NCBI RefSeq assembly: GCF_030537745.1
Contig: NZ_JAUNVI010000007.1
Location: 10,267 to 74,266 of the forward strand
Length of the DNA stretch: 64,000 nucleotides
Reading direction: 5' to 3'
DNA from: Ornithinimicrobium sp.
Lineage (GTDB): Bacteria; Actinomycetota; Actinomycetes; Actinomycetales; Dermatophilaceae
Shown: piece by piece, positions 52,971 to 62,713 of the stretch
Layout of the letters: the number at the start of each line of letters is the position of its first letter
Position numbering within the stretch: the stretch's first letter is position 1
Translations under genes and position numbers: made by a program
The notes under the pieces: generated by a model
Seen by the model: only the letters and a program-made list of their open reading frames with translations
What the model was told of the DNA's origin: nothing
Database searches by the model: none

Positions 52971-54485
52971 GTGAGTGACCAATTGACCGGCCCGGTCGAG
53001 CAGGGTGAAGTGACTGGGCCCCAGCAGCTGGTGCCCCGGCAGATCACTGCGGCACCGCGGGCGACCCGGCTGTGGCGTGACCGGGCGGCTCAGGTCGTGC
53101 GCAGTGACTCGCCGCCCACGGTGGCGCTGGGGACGCGGACCGGGGGCGATGAGTCGGTCACCCAGCGCCAAGCACGATCTGTCATCGACCTGGCGCTTCG
53201 GGTCGGTGAGGCGATGCTGTCCACCGGCGCCTCCGCGGCAGATGTGGTCGCCACCGTGCTTCGGCTCTTCCACTCCTACGGCGTCACGTCCTCGCATGTG
53301 GACATCACTTTTACCTCGATCAGCATCTCGATCCACCGGGGGATGGACGAGGACCCGCTCTCGGTGATGAGGGTCATCCCCGGACGATCTCTGGATTACA
53401 CCCGGCTGGAGGCGGTGCTGAGGCTCGTCGACGAGGTCGTCGGGGCCGCTCAACGTGGCACGGGGTCGTTGGACGTCGAGACGGCCAGGGAGCGTCTGGC
53501 GGCCCTGGTGACGGCTCCCCACCCTTATCGGCGCTGGGTCGTGACCTTCGGCAGTGCGCTCATGGGTATGGGGATCGTCATGCTCTTCGGCGCGGGCCCC
53601 GGCATGTGGGCGCTCGCCGCACTCTCGGCATTGGTGGTCGACCGCGTGCAGCGGTTGCTCTACCGGGCCGGGGTGGCCGCCTTTTTCGCCCAGGTCGTCA
53701 GCGCGGCGGTGCCCGCGATCGTCGCATTGGGGTTGTTCCGGGCACAGCAGCAAGGCTGGGACGTGCCTGGGGTCGAACGGCCCTCCCTCGTCGTGATCTC
53801 GGGGATCGTCATCCTCCTGGCCGGGCTTGGCCTGATGGGGGCGACCCAGGACGCCCTGGACGGTTACTACGTGACCGCCGGCGCTCGTGGGCTGGAGGTC
53901 GTCCTGATGACGCTAGGCATCGGGGTCGGGGTGGCGCTGGTGATGGGCGTCGCCAAGTGGATGGGCACCTCCATGGAGGTCAACGACGCGACGGTGCTGG
54001 GCGGCAGTCTGTTGCTCAACCTGATCGGGGCCCTGTTGATCGCCATCGGCTTCTGCCTGACCACCTACGCCGGCCTGCGCACGACGGTGCTCGCGGCCCT
54101 GATCGGCGGTCTTGGCTGGGTGATCTTCGAGGGTGGGCTCCAGCTCGGGCTCGGCTCGCCCGCGTCAGCGGCGGCGGCGGCGGTGCCGGTGGGAGCCCTC
54201 GCGCATGCTGCCTACAGCCGACTACGAGTCCCTGAGCAAGCGGTGGCTGCCGCGAGCATCGTGGCCCTCCTGCCCGGTCTGGCGGTCTACCGCGCCATCA
54301 ACCTGATCCTCGAGAACAACCCTGCACTGGTGGGCATGGCCGTGCTGCAGTTCGTCACGGCCGTGTCAATCGGTCTTGGCCTGGCCGCCGGACTGTCCAT
54401 CGGTGGCTTCCTGGCCCGGCGAAGGTTCGGGCTGGATCTGGCCTCCCAACGCGCCAGGCGTCGAGCCCAGGGCAGCACCCTTTAA
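52971..54485 (+). CDS. threonine/serine exporter ThrE family
   Basis: LALRVGEAMLSTGA, DYTRL, LLAGL, LLPGLAVYRA; about 10 TM. Confidence 0.88.
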   Translation: MSDQLTGPVEQGEVTGPQQLVPRQITAAPRATRLWRDRAAQVVRSDSPPTVALGTRTGGDESVTQRQARSVIDLALRVGEAMLSTGASAADVVATVLRLFHSYGVTSSHVDITFTSISISIHRGMDEDPLSVMRVIPGRSLDYTRLEAVLRLVDEVVGAAQRGTGSLDVETARERLAALVTAPHPYRRWVVTFGSALMGMGIVMLFGAGPGMWALAALSALVVDRVQRLLYRAGVAAFFAQVVSAAVPAIVALGLFRAQQQGWDVPGVERPSLVVISGIVILLAGLGLMGATQDALDGYYVTAGARGLEVVLMTLGIGVGVALVMGVAKWMGTSMEVNDATVLGGSLLLNLIGALLIAIGFCLTTYAGLRTTVLAALIGGLGWVIFEGGLQLGLGSPASAAAAAVPVGALAHAAYSRLRVPEQAVAAASIVALLPGLAVYRAINLILENNPALVGMAVLQFVTAVSIGLGLAAGLSIGGFLARRRFGLDLASQRARRRAQGSTL

Positions 54486-54537
54486 CCGTCGGTGCTCTCG
54501 CCGGCTAGGCAGACGAACGGCCGCCGGTGGTCCTGGC

Positions 54538-55227
54538 TCAGTCCTTCCACGTCCAGGACGTGAGCACCGCGTCGAGCAGCGGCGCGGTCTTCTTCGCCTC
54601 GCTCTCCAACGACGAGAGCGTCGCGACGTAGAGCGTCCCGTCGTGACTGACCCAGCGCTGGGTCTGGACGAGCTTCTTGCCGGAGACCTCGCGGGTGATG
54701 ATGTAGCCGGGCGCCTTGTTGCCATCGACCTCGATCGGATCGAGCAGCTCGTAGCTGCCCTTCTTGCCAGCCAGCTCCTTGGCGGTCGCCTCCACTGCTG
54801 AGGTCAGGTTCTTTACGTACTTCTCCTGAGTCACCAAGATGTTGGTGAAGAAGCCGTCGACCTGCTCCGGCACCTTGGCCGCCACCTGCACCCCTGGCGT
54901 GTCGACCAGGTCGATCGCATCGACCCAGCCCTGGGGCAGCTCGACCTCGAACGCACCGTCGGAGGCAGAAAGGACGGTGGGAGCCGCCGTCGAGGAGGAG
55001 CCCTCGGTGCTGGGTGCCGCAGTGGTCGGGGCGGCGTCTGCAGTGCTCGGCGCTACGTCGGCGGACGTCATGGTCGCGCTGTCTTCAGACTGCGTGCTGG
55101 TCGTCGGGCCCTCGTTTGTCGGCTCCTCCTGTGCGCAACCGGCAAGCACGGTCGCGGAGATGACTGCACCGACGGCAGCAGTGACGACTGGCCGACGGAG
55201 CAACGACAGGGACTGCGACAACGACAT
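54538..55227 (-). CDS. lipoprotein with Thr/Ser/Ala-rich linker and LpqN/PsbP-like domain
   Basis: Lipobox VLAGC, low-complexity T/S/A/P linker, F...LP.GW; GAGGAG RBS. Confidence 0.75.
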   Translation of the reverse strand: MSLSQSLSLLRRPVVTAAVGAVISATVLAGCAQEEPTNEGPTTSTQSEDSATMTSADVAPSTADAAPTTAAPSTEGSSSTAAPTVLSASDGAFEVELPQGWVDAIDLVDTPGVQVAAKVPEQVDGFFTNILVTQEKYVKNLTSAVEATAKELAGKKGSYELLDPIEVDGNKAPGYIITREVSGKKLVQTQRWVSHDGTLYVATLSSLESEAKKTAPLLDAVLTSWTWKD

Positions 55228-55320
55228 AGAACTCCTCAGGTCGGGACGGCCGGCAGATCCGGCTCGTCACGTGTTCGAGGGTTAAGTATGCCGTGTCCGG
55301 ACACCGCATACCGTGTCCTC

Positions 55321-56193
55321 ATGGTCACCCTCGCGCCAGCTGCACGCATCGATCTTCATACGCACTCGTGGTGCAGCGACGGGACCGAGGCGCCCGGCGT
55401 GGTCGTGGCGCAGGCGGCGAAGGCCGGTCTGGACGTGATCGGGCTCACCGATCACGACGTCGTGAGCGGGTGGGCGCAAGCCGATGCGGCGGGTCGGGAG
55501 CAGGGTGTCCTGGTGGTGCCGGGCATCGAGGTGTCCTGCAACTGGCGGGGGATCTCCGTGCACCTGCTCGCCTATCTGCCCGATCCCCATGACGAGCCCC
55601 TGCTCGCTGAGCTGAGCGCCAGCCGGTCGAGCCGAGACACGAGGCTGCAGCGGATGGTCAAGCTGCTCGCGGCCGACGGCTACCCGATCACCTACGACGA
55701 GGTGCTGGAGATGGCCGCAGCGCAAGCCTCGCTCGGACGACCGCACATCGCTGACGTGCTCGTGCGGCACGGCGTCTTCCCAAGCCGGGACGAGGCCTTT
55801 GCCGACGTGCTTTCCTCTGACAGCCGCTACTACGTCGCCCACCATGCCCCCGACCCCGTGCACGCCACGGAGATGATCGTCGCCGCCGGAGGAGTGCCGG
55901 TGATCGCGCACCCGTTCGCCAGCAAGAGGGGAAAGGTGGTCAGTGATGACCTCCTCGCAGACATGGCCGATGCGGGGATGGTAGGCGTCGAGGTAGACCA
56001 TCGTGACCACGGCCCCTCGGAGCGTGCCCATGCGGCCGCACTCGCGGATCGGCTCAGGCTCGTACAGACCGGCTCGAGCGACTACCACGGCGCGGGCAAA
56101 CCGAACCGGCTCGGGGAGAATACGACGCGAATCGCGTCGCTGGAGGCGATCCTGGAGCGGGCGACCGGGACGGGTCTGCTGGGCGCACACTGA
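55321..56193 (+). CDS. PHP domain phosphoesterase
   Basis: DLHTHSWCSDG, LTDHD, GIEVS, GRPHIA, AHP, GSSDYHG. Confidence 0.93.
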   Translation: MVTLAPAARIDLHTHSWCSDGTEAPGVVVAQAAKAGLDVIGLTDHDVVSGWAQADAAGREQGVLVVPGIEVSCNWRGISVHLLAYLPDPHDEPLLAELSASRSSRDTRLQRMVKLLAADGYPITYDEVLEMAAAQASLGRPHIADVLVRHGVFPSRDEAFADVLSSDSRYYVAHHAPDPVHATEMIVAAGGVPVIAHPFASKRGKVVSDDLLADMADAGMVGVEVDHRDHGPSERAHAAALADRLRLVQTGSSDYHGAGKPNRLGENTTRIASLEAILERATGTGLLGAH

Positions 56194-56230
56194 CACCGGG
56201 CGGTCGCTGGTGCCGGTCCGGGCGGTCGGT

Positions 56231-57727
56231 CTACTCGGAGGCGGCGGCCCCGCCGGTCTTGGTGATCCTGCGACGACGACGGCGCGGGGCGCTGTCGGTG
56301 CGACGCTCGGCATGCCCGTGGCTCTCGGTGCGATGGTCTCCCTCGCCCCGGCCCCGACGTGGCTCGCTCGAACGCTCGCTGCGACCGGCGTCCCGGGAGC
56401 GGTCGCTGCGATGGCCGTCACGCTGTCCCTGACCGCTCTTGCGCAGGCTCGGTCCACCGAGGTCCTCAAGGCGCTCCGCGCCCAGGCCCTGCTGGGTGCG
56501 TGCCGACTTGGGCAGCGTGCCGCGGGTCCCCTCGGGGATGTCGAGATCGTCGTAGAAGTGCGGGCTTGCCGAGTAGGTCTCGACCGGCTCGGGGATCCCG
56601 AGGTCCAGCGCCTTGTTGATGAGGCTCCAGCGGGGCATGTCGTCCCAGTCGACGAAAGTGACCGCGATGCCGTCGGCGCCCGCGCGGCCGGTCCGGCCGG
56701 TGCGGTGCAGGTACGTCTTCTCGTCCTCGGGGCACTGGTAGTTCACCACGTGCGTGACATTCTCGACGTCGATGCCGCGAGCAGCCACGTCGGTGGCGAC
56801 GAGCACGTCGACCTTCTCGTTGCGGAAGGCGCGCAACGCCTGCTCGCGTGCCCCCTGGCCCAGATCCCCGTGGATGGCCGCCGCCGCGAACCCGCGGTCG
56901 GCCAGGTCGTCCGCGACCTTAGCCGCGGTCCGCTTGGTGCGGGTGAAGATGATGCTGCGTCCACGACCCTCCGCCTGGAGTAGCCGAGCGAGCATCTCCA
57001 CCTTGTCCATGGCGTGCGCCCGGTAGACGAGCTGCCTGGTGTTGGCGACCGTGGCGTGGCCATCATCGCTCATGGCGCGGATGTGCGTGGGCTGCGTCAT
57101 GTACTGACGGGCCAGCGCGACGACCGCACCCGGCATGGTTGCGGAGAACAGCATGGTGTGACGCCCGGCCGGCGTAAGTGCGAGCAACTTTTCGACGTCA
57201 GGCAGGAATCCGAGGTCGAGCATCTCGTCGGCCTCGTCGAGGACTACTGTCCGGACGTGCCCGAGATCGAGGTGACCTTTGGCCGCCAGATCGAGCAACC
57301 GTCCCGGAGTCCCGACGACGACCTCGACACCGCGTGCGAGCTGCTCGATCTGCGGCTCGTAGGCACGACCACCGTAGATGGTGGCGACCCGGATGCCGCG
57401 GTAACGGGCCGCGTTGGACAGGTCTGCGGCGACCTGGACAGCGAGCTCACGAGTGGGAGCGACCGCAAGAGCCTGCGGCGCGCCCGGGCGCGGCAGCTCG
57501 CCGAACCCGGTGTCGTTGGGGGCGAGGACATGCTCGAGGATCGGCAGCCCGAAGCCGAGCGTCTTGCCGGTGCCGGTCTTGGCCTGCCCGATGATGTCGT
57601 GGCGGCTGAGCGCCACAGGGAGGGTCATGGACTGGATCGGAAAGGGGTGAGTGATGCCGCCGTCGGCCAGCGCCCGCACGATGTCGGGGTGAATGCCAAA
57701 GTCGGCAAAGGTGGGATTTTCTTGCAC
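56231..57727 (-). CDS. DEAD-box RNA helicase
   Basis: Q motif PFPIQ, AKTGTGKT, PTRELA, DEAD, SAT, HRTGRTGR; RS-rich tail. Confidence 0.96.
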   Translation of the reverse strand: MQENPTFADFGIHPDIVRALADGGITHPFPIQSMTLPVALSRHDIIGQAKTGTGKTLGFGLPILEHVLAPNDTGFGELPRPGAPQALAVAPTRELAVQVAADLSNAARYRGIRVATIYGGRAYEPQIEQLARGVEVVVGTPGRLLDLAAKGHLDLGHVRTVVLDEADEMLDLGFLPDVEKLLALTPAGRHTMLFSATMPGAVVALARQYMTQPTHIRAMSDDGHATVANTRQLVYRAHAMDKVEMLARLLQAEGRGRSIIFTRTKRTAAKVADDLADRGFAAAAIHGDLGQGAREQALRAFRNEKVDVLVATDVAARGIDVENVTHVVNYQCPEDEKTYLHRTGRTGRAGADGIAVTFVDWDDMPRWSLINKALDLGIPEPVETYSASPHFYDDLDIPEGTRGTLPKSARTQQGLGAERLEDLGGPSLRKSGQGQRDGHRSDRSRDAGRSERSSEPRRGRGEGDHRTESHGHAERRTDSAPRRRRRRITKTGGAAASE

Positions 57728-57929
57728 TGTTGATCTCACGATCGTCTCGAAGGAACCGAGGCAGCGATATGTCGTGCCCCGGGCTCTCGGGCCGATCGGA
57801 AAATATCCGTCAAGATGGCCAGGCGACGCGCCCGACCAGCAGCAACCGCGTTGAGCGCGCGGCCGACCGGTCACCGGTGAACAGGTCAATCCTACCGGAC
57901 AGTTGGTGCTTCGCTGGCCCAGGACAGCG

Positions 57930-57964
57930 CGACGGCGCGCCCCCATGCAGGGAGCGCGCCGTCG
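57930..57964 (-). terminator. hairpin downstream of the GlsB-like gene
   Basis: CGACGGCGCGC-CCCC-ATGCA-GGGA-GCGCGCCGTCG. Confidence 0.6.
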
Positions 57965-57980
57965 TGAGACTGGCGGAAGG

Positions 57981-58253
57981 TCAGTTCACGCGCTTGTTCT
58001 TGCCCGTGACCAGGCCGTAGACAACGACCGCCACGATGGCGAAGATGGTGCCGAGGATGAGGCCGGAGGGGCTCCACTGACCGCCGGAGCGACCGAGGAA
58101 CTCCGCGCCGACGTAAGCGCCGACGAGGGAGCCGACGGCACCCAGGATGACGGTCATCAGAGTCGAGATGTTCTGCCGGCCCGGAAGGATCAGGCGGGCG
58201 AGCGGCCCGACGATACAACCGATCACCAGTGCGATGAGAAGAGTAGTAAGCAT
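57981..58253 (-). CDS. GlsB/YeaQ/YmgE family stress-response membrane protein
   Basis: IG.IVG.LARLILPG, LGAVGSLVG; three TM. Confidence 0.88.
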   Translation of the reverse strand: MLTTLLIALVIGCIVGPLARLILPGRQNISTLMTVILGAVGSLVGAYVGAEFLGRSGGQWSPSGLILGTIFAIVAVVVYGLVTGKNKRVN

Positions 58254-58431
58254 GTGATGCCCTTTCGAAGTCAGTCCAGCAGGAGACTGTTCCTGCTGCC
58301 TGGCGCCGCCCCTGCGGAACGGCACCGTAGTCTGTAACGGCAGTCACAGTAGTGGCATTCCAGCCGGTGTGCGAACCGTAGCGCGCACGGCGCACTAAAC
58401 GGAGCCCCGACGTCCGGGCGGTGGAGTCGGC

Positions 58432-58659
58432 TCAGTGGATGCCGAAGCCGACCGCGCTCTTCTCCTGGACGCCGATCTCGACATACGCCAGCGAGGCCGC
58501 GGCGATGATCACGGTGGCGCCCTTCTCGTCCTCAAACTCCAGCAAGCTGCCCCCGGAGGAGAGCACGTCCGTCACGGTGGCTCTGATGTGCTCGGGGGTC
58601 TGGCTGGACTCGAAGACCACTTCACGAGCGATGTCGCGGATACCGATACGAACCTGCAC
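58432..58659 (-). CDS. DUF3107 protein
   Basis: MQVRIGI....RE..FES...D.KG...II....LAYVEIG.....VGFG. Confidence 0.92.
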   Translation of the reverse strand: MQVRIGIRDIAREVVFESSQTPEHIRATVTDVLSSGGSLLEFEDEKGATVIIAAASLAYVEIGVQEKSAVGFGIH

Positions 58660-58697
58660 GGGGGTGCCTCCTTGATGGCGGGTGCTCTAGGAGGAGG

Positions 58698-59369
58698 TTA
58701 GCCCGACTGGCTGGACCTCCGGGACACCACCTCGGCTGCCGACCCGGTGCCGAGCGGCGGCATATAGCCGATCCCGCGCCAGGCCAGCGTCATGACGAGG
58801 TTCGCAGCCTGCTGCCGGGGGACCGCCGAGCCGCTCTCATACCAATGCCTTGCGGCGGCTTGGACCTGGTTGACGAGCCCGATCCCGAGCAGGACGCACT
58901 CCTCCCAGGTCAGATCGGTCTGTTCTTGAAGCACCCGTCCCACCGCGGCCGCGCAGCCGTGCTGGGCCTCGTCCAGCACCGCCGCCACTGCCGGCTCGCT
59001 GCCCATGTCGGAGGCCAGGATTAAGGGATAGCCCGAGTCGGGACGGTCGATGAACTCGAAGAAGGCGTCGATGGTTGCCGCGATCCGCTCCGCGTTGTCG
59101 GACGTGGAGGCCAACGCCGCCTCGACGGTGCTGATGATGGTGTCGCGAGCCTGGTGGGCTAGGGCCAGATAGAGATCTAACTTGCTGTCGAAGTGCTGGT
59201 AGAGGACCGGTTTGGACACGCCGGCGCGGTTGGCGATGTCGTCCATCGCCGTCGCGTGGTAGCCATTCTCGGAAAACGCCGTCAACGCCGCCTTGAGCAG
59301 GAGCGCCCGTCGTTCGCCGTGAGGCAGTCGGACGCGGCTTGCGGGTGGTGCGAGGTCCTGGCCGGTCAC
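58698..59369 (-). CDS. TetR/AcrR family transcriptional regulator
   Basis: GYHATAMDDIA.RAGVSKPVLYQHF.SK HTH. Confidence 0.93.
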   Translation of the reverse strand: MTGQDLAPPASRVRLPHGERRALLLKAALTAFSENGYHATAMDDIANRAGVSKPVLYQHFDSKLDLYLALAHQARDTIISTVEAALASTSDNAERIAATIDAFFEFIDRPDSGYPLILASDMGSEPAVAAVLDEAQHGCAAAVGRVLQEQTDLTWEECVLLGIGLVNQVQAAARHWYESGSAVPRQQAANLVMTLAWRGIGYMPPLGTGSAAEVVSRRSSQSG

Positions 59370-59482
59370 GTCATCTCCTCGTCGTCCGCCTCCGGGCATC
59401 TTAGAGCCCAGGGCCACACCCGGACGACCGGCCCCGACGGGCACCTGACAGGTGTGTCGTCGGGCGATGGTGTGATGGACGT

Positions 59483-62400
59483 ATGTCGATCGCCGCCGAG
59501 GTCCGTTCCGCGCCCAGCAGGCGATGGCTCAAGGACGCCGAGCAGGACGAGGTCATCGGTCACCACGAGGGGGTGCTCCTCGTCCTCGGCGCACCCGGCA
59601 GCGGCAAGACCTCCACGGTGGTCCGGCACGTGCAGCGGCGCATCCTCGACGACGGTCTGCCGCCCGATGCCTGTCTGGCCCTGGCGCCCACCAGGGCGGC
59701 TGCGGCGCGGCTCCGGACCGCGATTGGCCGCGGACTGGGGAAGACCTTTGCCGAGCCGCTCGCCAGGACTCCCAGCTCGCTGGCGTTCGCCGTCCTGCGG
59801 CTGGCTGCGGCGAGCGCGGGAGAGCCGCTGCCGAGGCTGTTGTCAGGAGCCGAGCAGGATGTGATCCTGCGGGAGTTGCTGGCCGGTCACCAGGAGCAGG
59901 GGACCGGGCCGCAGTGGCCGGCACATCTGGGTGCCGCGCTGCCGACCGCGGGCTTTCGCGCGCAGTTGCGCGACCTGCTCATGCGGGCTGTCGAGCACGG
60001 GTTGGAGCCGCATGACCTCATCCGCCTCGCGCACGAGCACGGTCGGCCGGAGTGGGTGCCTGCGGCAGCGGTGCTGGAAGAGTATGACCAGGTCACGGCA
60101 CTGTCGGAGCCCGGCAGTTTCGACCCGGCGTGGATCTGCACGGCGGCCGCTGATCAGCTCGAGGACGACCCGGCACTGCTGGACACCGTGCGCGCGCGGC
60201 TGCGCCTCGTCGTGGTCGACGATGCGCAGGAGCTCACCGCCTCCGCCGCACGGCTGGTGCGCGTGCTCTCTGCCCGCGGCGTCCCGGTCCTGTTGGTCGG
60301 GGACCCAGACGTCACGGTGCTCGGTTTCCGTGGTGCGGTGCCTGGACTCTTCGTCGAGTTGGCGCAGGATCTGCACGGCGACGGTCCCGTCCGGACGGTC
60401 ACGCTGCGCACCCGCTATCGAGGCAGCACCGAGTTGGTGCACGCCTCGGCACGGGTCGCCGAACGCATCGGCGTCGTGCACGGCACCGCGCACCGCCGTC
60501 CGTTCACGCTCGCTGCCTCGGCGGCCCGCACTGGTCCGGCGCCGATGGATCGCGCTGGCCAACCCCGCCTCTCAGCGGACCCCGGCAGCGTGGAGGTGGC
60601 GGTGGCGCGCAGCCACGGGCAGGAGGCCGCCTATGTGACGCAGTGGATACGTAAGGCGCACTTACTCGGTGGCGTGCCCTGGGACGAGATCGCAGTGATC
60701 GCCCGCTCCGGAGGGCAGCAGGAGACCCTGCGACGGACCCTCAGCGCTGGTGGCGTGCCGGTCCGCGCGGACCGCTCGGGCACTCCGTTGGGGCAGGATC
60801 CGGCGGTGACCCCGCTACTCGTCGCTTTCGACGTCGTGACGCGCAGCAGCGGGGATGACTGGAAACTCAGCGGTGAGGACGCGGTAACCCTCCTGACGAG
60901 CGCCCTGGGCGGGGTGGATCCCGTCCAACTGCGCCGACTGCGGCGCTGGGCCCGGACCCAGGAGCTGACGGCTGGCGGGTCGCGCACTGCGGACGAGGTC
61001 TTGGCCGCACTCGTGCGCGATGACGACCTCGCACTCACTGCCGCCCCAGACCTGCCCGCCGGCCTGGCGCCGGTGGTGCGTGTGGGGACGGTGCTCCGCA
61101 GCGGGCGGGCGTGCTTCGGGCGCACCTCCCCGGGATCCGCGCAGGACATCCTCTGGGCTCTGTGGGAGACCAGCGGTCTGGCTCGCTTGTGGGAGAGCCA
61201 GGCACTGGGCGGTGGCGCCCTCGGCGCGCGCGCGGACCGTGACCTGGACTCGGTCCTGGTCCTGTTCGGCGCTGCGGCAAGTTATGTCGAGCGCCTCCCT
61301 GGCCGGAGCGCCCGCAGCTTCCTCGAGCACGTTCGCAGCGCGGAGGTGGCCGCAGACACCCTGGTGGTCGGGGCGCGCGCCGACAGTGCGGTGGAGGTGC
61401 TGACTCCGCAGGCGGCAGCGGGTCAACAGTGGCGCTTGGTCGCCGTCGTCGGGGTCCAGGAAGGCGTGTGGCCCGATCTCCGGCTCCGCGACACGCTCCT
61501 GGGCGCGGAGGCGCTCGTCGCGGCGGTGCGTGGCCAGGCGGTCGCCGGTCCGGAGGCAGTGCGCTCAGCCCAGGCCCAGGTGCGCGCAGACGAGTTGCGT
61601 CAGTTCCACCTAGCGCTCAGCCGCCCATCGCAGAGCTTGCTGGTCACTGCTGTCGCCAGCACCGCGGAGCAGCCATCGGGCTTCCTCGACCTCATCGACC
61701 CGGGGCATCGGGAGCGCCCAGCGGTCGAGGTCCCGCCGCCTCTCACCTTGCGTGGTCTGGTCGGGCAGCTTCGCCGGGAGGCGGTCCTGCACCAGCGTGA
61801 GAGTCGCTTTGCTGCCCGCGATGCTGCCATCGAGACCCTGCTCGTCCTGGCTGACGCGCAGGTCGTGGGAGCTGATCCTCAGCGCTGGTGGGACGTGCGT
61901 GATGTGTCCACCCAGCGTGACCTCGTCGAGAGCGGCCCGGTCCGCGTCTCGCCCTCTCGTCTCCAGACCTATCTGGACTGCCCGTTGCGGTGGTTCCTGA
62001 CCAGCCGTGGGGCGGACACCGGGGGAGCAGACATCGCGCAGATCGGCACCCTTGTCCATAACATCGTCGCGGAGCAGCCAGAGGCCACCGAGGAGGTCCT
62101 GACGGCCGAGATTGATCGACGATGGTCAGAGCTCGGTCTCCGGCCCAGCTGGGTCGTGGACAAGCAGCAGGCCAAGGCCCAGGACATGGTCCGACGCTAT
62201 GTCGCCTACGTCCGCGAGAGCTCCAGCGAAGGGCGAGCGCTCGTCGGGACCGAGATCGAGCTCAGGGCACGGATCGTTGCGGACGACGCCGAAATGCCGC
62301 CGGTAGACCTCGTCGGTCGGGTCGACCGACTCGAGCGTGACGCGGAGGGCCGCCTCGTGATCCTCGACCTCAAGACGAGCAAGAACAAGCCCACCAAGGA

Positions 62401-62713
62401 CGAGATCGACACCCACGCCCAGCTGGGGTCCTACCAGGTCGCCGTCGAGTCTGGAGCCTTCGACTCGGTCGCGCCGCAGGCCCGCAGCGGGGGCGCTTAC
62501 CTCATCAACCTCGGGACCGTGGGAGGGTCGATCACCCAGGCGCAACCGCCGGTCGCGGATGCGCAGGACCCGCGGTGGGCCCACCGCATGCTGCTGCAAG
62601 CTGGCGCCGAGATGGCCGGGCATCGGTTCGCCGCCAAGGACCTCGGGCGCCGGTGCCGGACCTGCCCGGCACGCTTCAGCTGTCCGCTCCAGCCCGAAGG
62701 ACAAGGCCGATGA
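59483..62713 (+). CDS. adnA: AdnA subunit of the AdnAB helicase-nuclease (UvrD-like motor + RecB-type nuclease with four Cys)
   Basis: GAPGSGKT, DDAQE, GDPD...GFRG; nuclease SPS, GRVDRLE, ILDLKT; DCPL and CRTCPARFSC. Confidence 0.85.
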   Translation: MSIAAEVRSAPSRRWLKDAEQDEVIGHHEGVLLVLGAPGSGKTSTVVRHVQRRILDDGLPPDACLALAPTRAAAARLRTAIGRGLGKTFAEPLARTPSSLAFAVLRLAAASAGEPLPRLLSGAEQDVILRELLAGHQEQGTGPQWPAHLGAALPTAGFRAQLRDLLMRAVEHGLEPHDLIRLAHEHGRPEWVPAAAVLEEYDQVTALSEPGSFDPAWICTAAADQLEDDPALLDTVRARLRLVVVDDAQELTASAARLVRVLSARGVPVLLVGDPDVTVLGFRGAVPGLFVELAQDLHGDGPVRTVTLRTRYRGSTELVHASARVAERIGVVHGTAHRRPFTLAASAARTGPAPMDRAGQPRLSADPGSVEVAVARSHGQEAAYVTQWIRKAHLLGGVPWDEIAVIARSGGQQETLRRTLSAGGVPVRADRSGTPLGQDPAVTPLLVAFDVVTRSSGDDWKLSGEDAVTLLTSALGGVDPVQLRRLRRWARTQELTAGGSRTADEVLAALVRDDDLALTAAPDLPAGLAPVVRVGTVLRSGRACFGRTSPGSAQDILWALWETSGLARLWESQALGGGALGARADRDLDSVLVLFGAAASYVERLPGRSARSFLEHVRSAEVAADTLVVGARADSAVEVLTPQAAAGQQWRLVAVVGVQEGVWPDLRLRDTLLGAEALVAAVRGQAVAGPEAVRSAQAQVRADELRQFHLALSRPSQSLLVTAVASTAEQPSGFLDLIDPGHRERPAVEVPPPLTLRGLVGQLRREAVLHQRESRFAARDAAIETLLVLADAQVVGADPQRWWDVRDVSTQRDLVESGPVRVSPSRLQTYLDCPLRWFLTSRGADTGGADIAQIGTLVHNIVAEQPEATEEVLTAEIDRRWSELGLRPSWVVDKQQAKAQDMVRRYVAYVRESSSEGRALVGTEIELRARIVADDAEMPPVDLVGRVDRLERDAEGRLVILDLKTSKNKPTKDEIDTHAQLGSYQVAVESGAFDSVAPQARSGGAYLINLGTVGGSITQAQPPVADAQDPRWAHRMLLQAGAEMAGHRFAAKDLGRRCRTCPARFSCPLQPEGQGR

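Noticed and set aside
52908-53753. N-terminal extension making the aminopeptidase ORF 794 aa
   Set aside because: Overlaps thrE on the opposite strand; the real start is GTG 52907 with a TACGAT -10.
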